Shown here in pieces: positions 10,234-20,675 of a stretch of 64,000 nt of DNA. Location: NCBI GenBank assembly GCA_945907755.1, contig CAMDTN010000004.1:20873-84872 (forward strand). The letters run 5' to 3'. The notes under the pieces were generated by a model that ran no database searches, had not been told where the DNA came from, and was given only the letters and a program-made list of their open reading frames with translations. The translations under genes were made by a program, and so were the position numbers. Within the stretch, counting starts at the first letter, position 1. Each line of letters begins with the position of its first letter. The DNA is from Singulisphaera sp. GP187. Its GTDB lineage: Bacteria > Planctomycetota > GCA-002687715.

Positions 10234-11195
10234 AGACTGGCAGCGTCGACATTTCCGTGATCATCATTTGTTCGGAACCGCGTCGTACGGCGCTGTTCAA
10301 GGAACTCATGGTCTCGTTCCGCCAAGTCTTGGAACGCATGGGCCGCAGCCATGAAGTGCTGGTGGTGGATGACGGTGCCGGTGCCACCTTTGCCCAAGCT
10401 GTATTGGAAGTTCGTGAAACGTGGCCCGCAGTGTCGTTGTTGCGTTTCCGGCGCACGTTTGGAACTAGCGTGGCCCTCGACGCAGCGGTGGAGCGCACCC
10501 GCGGACGTTATGTGATCGTGTCCACTTGGTATTTGCAGGTCGACCCAGAAGGCCTCACGGAAATGGTGCGCCGGTTGGACGAAGGCATGGATTACGTTGC
10601 CGTGCGACGTGAACCACGCTGCGATGGAACTTTAGGGCGCATCCAGTCGTGGCTTTTCAACGCCTACACGCGGCGCCTCACCGGAATGGATGTGCGCGAT
10701 TTGAATTGCGCGTTTCGCGCCTTCCGCCGCGAAGTCTTAGAGGAAATCGCACTCCACGGGGATCTGTTCCGATTCCTATCCATCTTGGCATTGCGCCGCG
10801 GTTTCCGCGTCGTGGAGATCCCCTTGCGGCATTTGCGCGAGGAGGGCACCAAGGGGGTGATTCACCCGGGCCTCTATGTTCGCCGCTTCTTGGACATCTT
10901 GTCCTTATTCTTCTTGGTCAAGTTCACCAACAAACCGTTGCGTTTCTTCGGGCTTGCTGGCTTGAGCTTCGCTGGAATCGGCTCAGTGATTTGTGTGTGG
11001 ATGGCGTGGCTGCGCATCTTCGACGACAAGGGGCTGGCCGAGAAACCACTGCTGATCCTCGGGCTCTTCTTGATCATCCTCGGCTTCATCATCGGAAGCA
11101 TCGGGCTGATCGGCGAGATCATCATTTTCACCCAAGGGCGCAGTCTGCGTGATTATCACATCGACGAAGTCATCGGTCGCGAGGATGAGGCGTGA
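10227..11195 (+). CDS. GT2-fold paralogue of the upstream transferase with lost catalytic motifs
   Basis: It aligns collinearly with 9286-10233 and keeps the C-terminal TM helices. However, YNEE becomes CSEPR, NRGQTAA becomes TFGTSVA, and MDADLQNDP becomes STWYLQVDP. It overlaps the upstream stop. Confidence 0.75.
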   Translation: MLKTGSVDISVIIICSEPRRTALFKELMVSFRQVLERMGRSHEVLVVDDGAGATFAQAVLEVRETWPAVSLLRFRRTFGTSVALDAAVERTRGRYVIVSTWYLQVDPEGLTEMVRRLDEGMDYVAVRREPRCDGTLGRIQSWLFNAYTRRLTGMDVRDLNCAFRAFRREVLEEIALHGDLFRFLSILALRRGFRVVEIPLRHLREEGTKGVIHPGLYVRRFLDILSLFFLVKFTNKPLRFFGLAGLSFAGIGSVICVWMAWLRIFDDKGLAEKPLLILGLFLIILGFIIGSIGLIGEIIIFTQGRSLRDYHIDEVIGREDEA

Positions 11196-12235
11196 GCGGG
11201 GCAACCATCAGAGAATTGACTCCCGAGCGCGAGGGTGCGTGGCAAGCCTATGTCTTGGCGCACCCACACGGGACTCTCTTTCACGACCTCGCGTGGCGCC
11301 ACATGCTGCGCAAGACTTTCCGTCATCGGTGCTGCTACCTCATGGCCGAACAAGATGGCCAGATACGCGGCGTGCTGCCCTTGGTGATCATTCGCTCGAT
11401 TTTTTTCGGCACTTCCGTTGTCAGTGTGCCCTTTGGCGTCTACGGGGGCGTGCTTGCCGATGATGCGGCCAGCACCGTAGCCTTGTGCGACGCTGCAACG
11501 GAGGCTGCCGCAGATGCGGGCGCCGCCTACGTGGAATTGCGCCATTTGCATTTGCCGCCCGCATGCGACCTCCCGGAATCCGGGCTGCACTGCACCTTCA
11601 TCAAAGACTTGCCGAATACCGTCGAGGAAGTGCTGCCCAGCATCCCACGAAAGGCGAGGGCAGAAGTGCGCAAGGCACGCACTGCGGGAGTGCTGACGGT
11701 CAATACCAAGCCGGTGACCATCCCAGAGTTCCACTCGCTCTTCGCTGAAAACAAGCGCAAGCTCGGTTCGCCGATCTTTCCGAAGTCGATGTTTTGGAAC
11801 TTGCACGAAGCCTTGCCGGGCCGCGTGCACACCATGGCTGTAGAAAAAGATGGCCGCGCCATCGCAGTACTGATGAGCTTTCTGTGGCGCGACACGTTTA
11901 TGGCCTATTACTCCGGCGCTGATGACACAGCGAATGCTTCATCTGCCAACAACCTGCTCTACGCGGCGGCAATGGAAGAGGCCGTGCGGCTGGGTGCGAA
12001 GACATTTGACTTCGGTCGTTCGCGGCGCGACACAGGGCCCTACGCCTTCAAGGTGAATCAAGGATTCGAACCGCTCCCGCTGCACTACCAGTTTGTCACC
12101 AAGCGTGGTGCGCGGCTGCCCTCGATCAACGCTAGCAACCCGCGTTATGACTTTGCCAAGAAGCTGTTCCGCTCGCTCCCAATGATGGCAGCGGAAAAGC
12201 TGGGTTCGTTTGTTGCAAAGCGCATGCCAGTGTGA
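11192..12235 (+). CDS. FemAB-like / GNAT (Acetyltransf_6-type) protein
   Basis: The 347-aa length and N-terminal pattern (W..YV..HP.GTLFH...W) resemble the FemAB-related proteins found in exopolysaccharide loci. GTGA overlap with the upstream stop. Assignment is from memory. Confidence 0.65.
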   Translation: MSGATIRELTPEREGAWQAYVLAHPHGTLFHDLAWRHMLRKTFRHRCCYLMAEQDGQIRGVLPLVIIRSIFFGTSVVSVPFGVYGGVLADDAASTVALCDAATEAAADAGAAYVELRHLHLPPACDLPESGLHCTFIKDLPNTVEEVLPSIPRKARAEVRKARTAGVLTVNTKPVTIPEFHSLFAENKRKLGSPIFPKSMFWNLHEALPGRVHTMAVEKDGRAIAVLMSFLWRDTFMAYYSGADDTANASSANNLLYAAAMEEAVRLGAKTFDFGRSRRDTGPYAFKVNQGFEPLPLHYQFVTKRGARLPSINASNPRYDFAKKLFRSLPMMAAEKLGSFVAKRMPV

Positions 12236-12251
12236 CATCGCCGGGTAACCT

Positions 12252-13640
12252 GTGCCCATGAGTGAGGCGAGTTTCTTGCTGGCGTTGCGCGCTGCCGTCG
12301 GGTCATCCTTGGCCACCGACGAAGATTCGTTGCAACGAGCTTCCAGCGACTGGTCCGGCCGCAAGGGTTCGTGCAGCGCGGTTGTGTGCGTGCGCTCCGA
12401 GGCTGATGTCGTCGCGGTGCTCACGCTTGCCGCAGCGCACCAATTTGCGGTCGTGCCGCGTGGCGCCGCAACTTCTGCCACCGGCGCGGCCGTACCGCTG
12501 AACGGTGCCGTGGTACTGGACTTCACTGGCATGAACCGCATCTTGGCGCTGGATGTTGCGGACATGGTTGCGGAGGTCGAACCGGGAGTGGTGACGCATC
12601 AACTGCAAGCGCGAGCCGAAGAAGTGGGTTTGCTGTATCCGCCGGACCCGGCGTCAAGCGATCAATGCACTCTGGGCGGCAACGTGGCCACCTGTGCTGG
12701 CGGTTTGCGCGCGGTGAAGTATGGCGTCACACGTGACTATGTGCTTGGCCTGCGCTGCGTATTGCCTGGAGGCGAAGTGTTTGAAACCGGCGGCCGCAAC
12801 CTGAAGGATGTCAGTGGCTACGATCTCACGCGCTTGTTGGTCGGATCCGAAGGCACGCTTGCAGTGATCACACGCATCACGCTGAAACTGGTGCCGCTGC
12901 CGCCCGGGCGCAGCACGCTGTTGGCATCTTTCGCCAATGACGACGGCGCGTTTGCTGCCGCAGATCTTCTCCTTGCGAATGGCGTGTGGCCACGAGCACT
13001 TGAGACGATGGATGCGCAAGCGCTGCGTCTCGCAGCGACAGCAGTAGGCGAGGCGGTGCACGACAGCGTGCGTTCGCGCTTGCTGGTTGAATTGGACGGC
13101 GAAGTAGGCGCCGTGGCCGAAACGGAAGCGCGCGTGCTGCGGCTTCTGACAGCACACGCAACGGCTGTAGACATGGCCAATACTGCGACGGCACATGCCC
13201 TTGTTTGGGCAGGGCGCCGTGCCATCTCCGCTGCGGTGCTGACCATCACCCCGGCGAAGCGCTCGGAGGACTTGGGCGTGCCACGAGGCCAACTGGCTGC
13301 AGCGGTGAGGGAATTGCGCGCCATCGGCAAGAACTACGGCATCGGCGTTCTTGTTTATGGTCATGCGGGCGATGCGAACTTGCACTGCAATTTCCTGTAC
13401 GACCCCATAGAAAACGGCAGTGCGAAGCGCTTGGAAGCCTGTGTTCAAGCCGCTTATGCAGCCGTGTTGCGGCGTGGTGGCACGCTGACAGGCGAGCACG
13501 GCGTGGGGTTGCGCAAGCGCGTTGCAGTTAGCGCAGCCCTTGGTCCGGTACGCTGCCGCCTGATGCGCGCGATCAAACATGCATTCGACCCCAATAACCT
13601 GCTGAACCCCGGCAAGGTGTTGCCCCCGGAGCAACCATGA
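12252..13640 (+). CDS. FAD-linked oxidase (GlcD / D-lactate dehydrogenase family)
   Basis: FAD_binding_4 pattern VVPRGAATSATGAAVP...VVLDFTGMNRIL...EPGVV and TLGGNVATCAGGLRAVKYGVTRDYVLGL. The C-terminal GEHGVG is present. ATG 12258 is an alternative start. Confidence 0.88.
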   Translation: MPMSEASFLLALRAAVGSSLATDEDSLQRASSDWSGRKGSCSAVVCVRSEADVVAVLTLAAAHQFAVVPRGAATSATGAAVPLNGAVVLDFTGMNRILALDVADMVAEVEPGVVTHQLQARAEEVGLLYPPDPASSDQCTLGGNVATCAGGLRAVKYGVTRDYVLGLRCVLPGGEVFETGGRNLKDVSGYDLTRLLVGSEGTLAVITRITLKLVPLPPGRSTLLASFANDDGAFAAADLLLANGVWPRALETMDAQALRLAATAVGEAVHDSVRSRLLVELDGEVGAVAETEARVLRLLTAHATAVDMANTATAHALVWAGRRAISAAVLTITPAKRSEDLGVPRGQLAAAVRELRAIGKNYGIGVLVYGHAGDANLHCNFLYDPIENGSAKRLEACVQAAYAAVLRRGGTLTGEHGVGLRKRVAVSAALGPVRCRLMRAIKHAFDPNNLLNPGKVLPPEQP

Positions 13641-14989
13641 AAGTCCTGCTTGCAGACGACGAACGCACAATCACAGTGCCGCTACGGGACGACCTGATAG
13701 ATGCAGGACATGATGTGACCGTGGTGGATCGTGGCGATACTGCCGTCGAGAAACTAGCGGCGGATCACTACGATGTGCTGATCACAGACATCAACATGCC
13801 CGGCGTGCGTGGTGACGAACTGCTGGTGAAAGCTACCGAGTTGCGCCCAGGGATCGCCGTGGTGATTGTCACAGGCTTCGGCACGGTGCAGTCCGCCGTG
13901 CAGGCCATGAAGAATGGCGCAGCGGACTATGTGCTGAAACCATTCGTGAATGAACAGATTGTGCTGCTCCTCGGGCGTATCGCGCACTTGAACGACTTAG
14001 AGGCGGAAAACCGCAACCTCCGCCATCAGATCACCGACCTGACGGGATTCGAGCATGTGGTTGGTTCCAGCGAACAGATGCAGCAAGTGTTCCGCACCAT
14101 CCGCACCGTTGCGCCGTCCGATTCCACTGTGCTGATCATGGGTGAGACGGGCACCGGCAAGGAGATTTTCGCGCGGGCACTTCACAATCTGTCGGGGCGT
14201 TCCAGTGGCCCTTTGGTGGCGATTTCCTGTGCCGCCATTCCCAGCACCTTGCTGGAAGACGAACTCTTTGGGCACGAGAAGGGTGCTTTCACGGACGCAC
14301 GCGAACGCAAGCTCGGACGCATCGAGCGCTCCAACGGCGGCACATTCTTCTTAGATGACATCGACGACATGCCACTCGCCACGCAAGTTAAACTGCTACG
14401 CGTGTTGCAAGAGCGCGAAGTGGAGCGCTTAGGCGGCGACCGCGTGTTGCACGTGAATATCCGCGTGGTTGCTGCCACCAAAGTCGATCTGCGCAGCATG
14501 GTGCGCGACGGGCGCTTTCGCGAGGATTTGTTCTACCGTCTGAATGTGGTGCCGATTCGTTTGCCGCCGCTGCGCGAGCGCGTGGGGGACGTACCTCTCT
14601 TAGTGCGGCATTTCATGCGCAAGTTTAGCCATGGTGAAAGCTATGTCGTGAAGGCCGATGTGATGGCCATGCTGGAACGCCATCATTGGCCCGGGAATGT
14701 GCGCGAACTCGAGCACTCGGTGGAACGCGCCATTGCCATGTCTGGTCCGGAACATGTGCTGCGTCGCGAACACATGTTGGACAAGGATCCGCTGCATCCA
14801 CATTCGACACCTGCGCCCACGAATATTGATTCGTTGAAAGTTGTGCTGGAGCGTGCGGAGCGGGATGCCGTCGTTCGGGCGTTGAATCTGTGTGACAGCA
14901 AGTCGCAAGCTGCGGACGCACTTGGGATCAGCCGCAAATCGCTTTGGGACAAGTTGCGCTTGCACAGCATCGAGGACTCCAAGCCGTGA
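13637..14989 (+). CDS. Sigma-54-dependent response regulator (NtrC/AtoC family enhancer-binding protein)
   Basis: REC domain with DD pair and acceptor Asp (VLITDINMPG). AAA+ domain with Walker A GETGTGKE. The sigma-54 contact loop reads GAFTDA (canonical GAFTGA). A C-terminal Fis-type HTH (SKSQAADALGISRKSLWDKL) is present. ATGA overlap with the upstream gene. Confidence 0.93.
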   Translation: MKVLLADDERTITVPLRDDLIDAGHDVTVVDRGDTAVEKLAADHYDVLITDINMPGVRGDELLVKATELRPGIAVVIVTGFGTVQSAVQAMKNGAADYVLKPFVNEQIVLLLGRIAHLNDLEAENRNLRHQITDLTGFEHVVGSSEQMQQVFRTIRTVAPSDSTVLIMGETGTGKEIFARALHNLSGRSSGPLVAISCAAIPSTLLEDELFGHEKGAFTDARERKLGRIERSNGGTFFLDDIDDMPLATQVKLLRVLQEREVERLGGDRVLHVNIRVVAATKVDLRSMVRDGRFREDLFYRLNVVPIRLPPLRERVGDVPLLVRHFMRKFSHGESYVVKADVMAMLERHHWPGNVRELEHSVERAIAMSGPEHVLRREHMLDKDPLHPHSTPAPTNIDSLKVVLERAERDAVVRALNLCDSKSQAADALGISRKSLWDKLRLHSIEDSKP

Positions 14990-14997
14990 CAAGCACC

Positions 14998-15741
14998 ATG
15001 CCGGTGCTGCCACCGGTGCTGTTCGTCAGCGATGTGCATCTGCGGCAGGGTGACAACGCCTATCTCGAAGCGTTCTTGCGCTTCCTCCGCGTGGATGCCA
15101 GCGACGCGAGTGCGCTGTTCATCCACGGAGACTTATTCGAGTTCTATGTTGGCCCGAGACAGGGACGCTCGGCCTTTTATGCGCCGCTGCGTGAGGCGTT
15201 GCGCCAGCTAACGGCTGCCGGCACACAAGTCACTCTGCTGCACGGCAATCGCGACTACCTCTTGGCGCACGCTTTTGAAGACACTGGAGCGCGAGTTGTT
15301 GCTGATCAGGTTGTGATAACCCTTGGCACGAGCCGTGTGCGCGTCAGTCATGGCGACGAACTCTGCATCCACGACCGGAGTTACCAGATCTGGGGGCGTG
15401 GGGTGCTGCGCTGGCAGGTGCTGCAAACCCTGTTCCGCCTGCTGCCCCTTGTCGTCGGAACTTGGATCGCAAGGCGTTACCGCATGGTCTCCGCCCGTAA
15501 GCACGGTCGCAGTGTTCGCACGGGCCGCCTCGGCTCGATATTGGATGGCGCTAAGGCCGTTGCGCCAGATTTCGATGTCCTCGTTTGCGGGCACATCCAC
15601 CAATTGGCATCCACGCCTGTGGGCACGGCGGTTCGGCCCTGCACGCTGCTGACCACTGCTGCTTGGGAGGACGGTCCCAACCACATCCGCTGGGACGGAT
15701 TGAAATTTCATCTGATTGGCCCGATCATGCCGCAATCTTGA
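14998..15741 (+). CDS. lpxH: UDP-2,3-diacylglucosamine diphosphatase
   Basis: Calcineurin-like metallophosphoesterase motifs FVSDVHL, GDLFEF, LHGNRDYL, HGDE and GHIH. GTG 14986 (GTGA overlap) is an alternative start. Confidence 0.85.
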   Translation: MPVLPPVLFVSDVHLRQGDNAYLEAFLRFLRVDASDASALFIHGDLFEFYVGPRQGRSAFYAPLREALRQLTAAGTQVTLLHGNRDYLLAHAFEDTGARVVADQVVITLGTSRVRVSHGDELCIHDRSYQIWGRGVLRWQVLQTLFRLLPLVVGTWIARRYRMVSARKHGRSVRTGRLGSILDGAKAVAPDFDVLVCGHIHQLASTPVGTAVRPCTLLTTAAWEDGPNHIRWDGLKFHLIGPIMPQS

Positions 15742-15840
15742 GCGTTTGTGCCCATCCGCTGGACGCAGCGCTGGTTTGGGATTTGATCAGGCGGCGCTAA
15801 GCTGCGCGTCCTCGCGGGCATCAGAAGATGTTCGCCCTGC

Positions 15841-16518
15841 ATGCCAAAAATCATCGCCATTGACGGGCCCGCCGGAGCGGGCAAGAGCACGGTCGCGCGC
15901 CAAGTGGCGCAGCGCCTTGGCTGGCACTTCCTAGATTCCGGAGCGCTTTACCGCGCGCTCAGCCTTGCTGCCTTGGAACATGGATTGCAACCCACCGATG
16001 GGCACCACGTGGCTGCACTGGGGGCGCAATTGGATTTGCGCCAGGGGCCCGATGGGCGCACCTATTTGGGCGCGCGCGATGTCTCTTCGGCGATCCGCAC
16101 GGAAGCAGTGACGGCGTTTGCTAGTCGCGCCAGCGCGCAGCCTGAAGTCCGTGCAGCGCTGTTGGGTCTGCAGCGGGCCGCTGCGCGCGATGCCGACCTC
16201 GTGTGCGAAGGCCGCGACATGGGCAGCGTGGTGTTTCCAGACGCAGCACTGAAAATATTCTTAGATGCGCAGCCGCAGGTGCGTGCTGGGCGTCGCACTT
16301 TGGAACTTGCAGGGCAGGGCGGCAGCGTCGATGCCAAGGCTGTACAACAAGACATGGAACAGCGCGACCACGCTGATAGCAGCCGTGCCGTGGCCCCCTT
16401 GCAATGCGCAGCAGATCAACAACCGCTCGACACCACAGGAATGACTGTGGACGAAGTGGTGAATCGTATTCTCGAACTCTTTGCGGAGCGTCTCCGCGAA
16501 GGTGTGGCTCGCAGATAG
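15841..16518 (+). CDS. cmk: Cytidylate kinase
   Basis: IIAIDGPAGAGKSTVARQVAQRLGWHFLDSGALYRA. The classical cmk-rpsA gene order is present. Confidence 0.95.
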   Translation: MPKIIAIDGPAGAGKSTVARQVAQRLGWHFLDSGALYRALSLAALEHGLQPTDGHHVAALGAQLDLRQGPDGRTYLGARDVSSAIRTEAVTAFASRASAQPEVRAALLGLQRAAARDADLVCEGRDMGSVVFPDAALKIFLDAQPQVRAGRRTLELAGQGGSVDAKAVQQDMEQRDHADSSRAVAPLQCAADQQPLDTTGMTVDEVVNRILELFAERLREGVARR

Positions 16519-16643
16519 CGAGCAGGGCGTGGCGGTGCGAGAGGAGCCCCTCGCATTGCAAGGCCTGCCAGACGGTGTGCGTCTGGTGAACGGTAAGGCG
16601 GCCCGCAGGAGTGTCCTTAGGGACAACTCTCGCGCAGGACAAT

Positions 16644-18402
<1,759 letters not shown>

Positions 18403-18425
<23 letters not shown>

Positions 18426-19446
18426 GCGCGACGCGGAGTCGGCCTCTGGTCGGCTCCGCATTTGCGTGCGCTTGCTTGCAACTGTGCTGGGGTTGATGTG
18501 CTGGACGGCCTGTGTGGCGCCAGAAACGGACCCCAGCACGGAGCAGGCTGTTCCTGCTCCTTTGCCGGTTGATGTAGCAACTGAAGCGCCGCTGCCACTG
18601 GAAACGCTGCTGTTCAACGCGCGCCAGTGGATTGCTGACGGCGACTATGCCCGAGCGCTGGATCTGCTGGCTGGCCCTGTCGCAGCCGACGCTGCGGCGG
18701 ATCAAGTGCGCGAGCGCGCATTGCTGCGCACGGAAGCGCGTCGGCACTTGCTGCAATCCCGCGTGGTCGATGTTTGGGTGCAGGTGAAAGATGTGCCCAT
18801 CACATTGGGTGAACAGGCCCCTGTGGAATTGTGCATGGCCAACATCAGCAGCCAGCAACTACGAATCGGCGGCGTGGGTGCCAGTGGCGCGAGCGCCTTT
18901 CGCGTGGAAGCCATGTGCGAAGAATTCCCAGCGGATGGCACGCAAGTGCAGCACAAGCTGACGACAACTTTGTCGTTGGGCCCAGAACTGGTCTTGGAAC
19001 CAGGCTGCCGCCAAGCCTTTCCGTTCACCATCGATAGCAGCGAAGTGTCGCCGGAGAGCCCCACCGCGCGCATCTACACCATCGCCGCCACCTTGCACAC
19101 TGGCTCTCTTCAGTCGGAAGGTTCGCAGCAACTGGCGGCACTGATTTTTCGCCCCGCGCGCCTGTTGGTGCTGCCACGCAACTGGGAACCGTTGCAAGTG
19201 AAACCGTTGGAGCAGTTGGAGAGCGCACTAGTACGAGGCGCAGCCTTGCATTTGCCCGTGGTTGCGGCGCTTCTCCCCGCGAATGAACGCGCACAAGGCT
19301 TAGCGCGATTGCAACGCGCACAGGCAGACCCAGCTACGCCGCCGCAACTGCACACAGCACTTCGCGTCGCAGTGCAACTCTGCAAGCGTCTCGCCGAGCG
19401 CGTAGTATTTCCGCCGAGCGGTGTTTCTGACCGCCAGCCCCTATGA
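18403..19446 (+). CDS. Hypothetical exported or lipoprotein-like protein
   Basis: A hydrophobic N-terminal segment RLLATVLGLMCWTAC follows a basic stretch. I recognise no domain. The start is uncertain and overlaps the rpsA end. The stop overlaps the tyrS start (ATGA). Confidence 0.5.
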
Positions 19447-20675
19447 ACGAAACTGCCCCGCTGGAAGATCCAAGAGTCAGCGCACAACTCGCGTTGTTGC
19501 AGCGCGGTGTGCACGACCTCATTTCACGCACGGAATTAGCGGCAGCGCTCACCAAGTCAATGGCAACGGGCCGACCGCTGCGCGTCAAACTTGGGGTAGA
19601 CCCAACTTCCGCATCGCTGCATCTGGGATTCACCTTGGGGCTGCGCAAACTGCGGCAGTTTCAAGATCTCGGGCACCAAGCCGTGCTGATCATCGGCGAC
19701 GCCACAGCCATGGTGGGGGACCCAACCGGCCGCAACAAGGCGCGCCCGCGCTTGGATGCGTCCACTGTGGATGCGCACGCAAAGCACTACTTGGAGCAGG
19801 CCTGCCGCATTCTGAACCGCGAGACATTGGAAGTGCGCCGCAACGGCGAATGGCTGAAGGCCCTCGATTTCAGTTCATTCATCGAACTCGCCTCGCGCAG
19901 CACCGTCGCTCGGATGCTGGAGCGGGACGATTTTCAGAAGCGTTGGAAAGAGGGCACGGCAATTCAGTTGCATGAATTCCTTTACCCCTTATTGCAGGGC
20001 CAAGACAGTGTCGCAGTGCAGGCTGATGTTGAACTTGGCGGTAGAGACCAGTTGTTCAATCTGCTAGTGGGGCGCGATCTTCAACAGCAGCATGGCCAGA
20101 CCCCACAGGTGTGCATGACAACGCCTCTGCTCATAGGCACGGATGGCGTGCGCAAGATGAGCAAGTCCTACGACAACCACGTCGGCATCGACGAAAGTGC
20201 GGATGACATGATCTTGAAAGTCATGCGCATCAACGATGCCATGCTGCGCGATTGGATGCTGCATTTGACGCGCTTTGACGATGCGCAGATTGAAGCGTTG
20301 CTTGGCGCAGGAACCAACCCGCGCGACGCGAAGCTGGCGCTTGGCAAGTCTATTGTGGCCGACTACCACGGTGCGGAAGCAGCGGATCAGGCTGCGGAAG
20401 GCTGGCTACGGCGCGTGTCGCGCAAAGAAACCGACGAGAGCCTTGCGCTGTTAGTGGTTCCCAGCGCATGGGCCGGCCAAGACATCAGCGTGCTGGAGTT
20501 GCTGATGCACAGCGGTTGGTTTGCCAGCAAGGGCGAAGCCCGGCGGCAGTTGGAACAAGGCGCTGTGAACATCGGCGCGGAACGCATCAGCGGGCATCAG
20601 GCACATGCAACCTTGCACGGTGGCGAGGTGCTTCGTGTGGGACGCCAGCGCAGCGCACGCATCAGCTTCTCATGA
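19443..20675 (+). CDS. tyrS: Tyrosine--tRNA ligase
   Basis: Class I HIGH-type motif (SLHLGF), KMSKS present, and a C-terminal S4-like domain. Confidence 0.93.
   Translation: MNETAPLEDPRVSAQLALLQRGVHDLISRTELAAALTKSMATGRPLRVKLGVDPTSASLHLGFTLGLRKLRQFQDLGHQAVLIIGDATAMVGDPTGRNKARPRLDASTVDAHAKHYLEQACRILNRETLEVRRNGEWLKALDFSSFIELASRSTVARMLERDDFQKRWKEGTAIQLHEFLYPLLQGQDSVAVQADVELGGRDQLFNLLVGRDLQQQHGQTPQVCMTTPLLIGTDGVRKMSKSYDNHVGIDESADDMILKVMRINDAMLRDWMLHLTRFDDAQIEALLGAGTNPRDAKLALGKSIVADYHGAEAADQAAEGWLRRVSRKETDESLALLVVPSAWAGQDISVLELLMHSGWFASKGEARRQLEQGAVNIGAERISGHQAHATLHGGEVLRVGRQRSARISFS

Noticed and set aside
12062-12072. GGATTCGAACC, the reverse complement of a tRNA T-loop signature.
   Set aside because: The flanks do not form a T-stem or an acceptor stem. 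It lies in frame within the FemAB-like CDS (QGFEPLP). I found no tRNA anywhere in the window.
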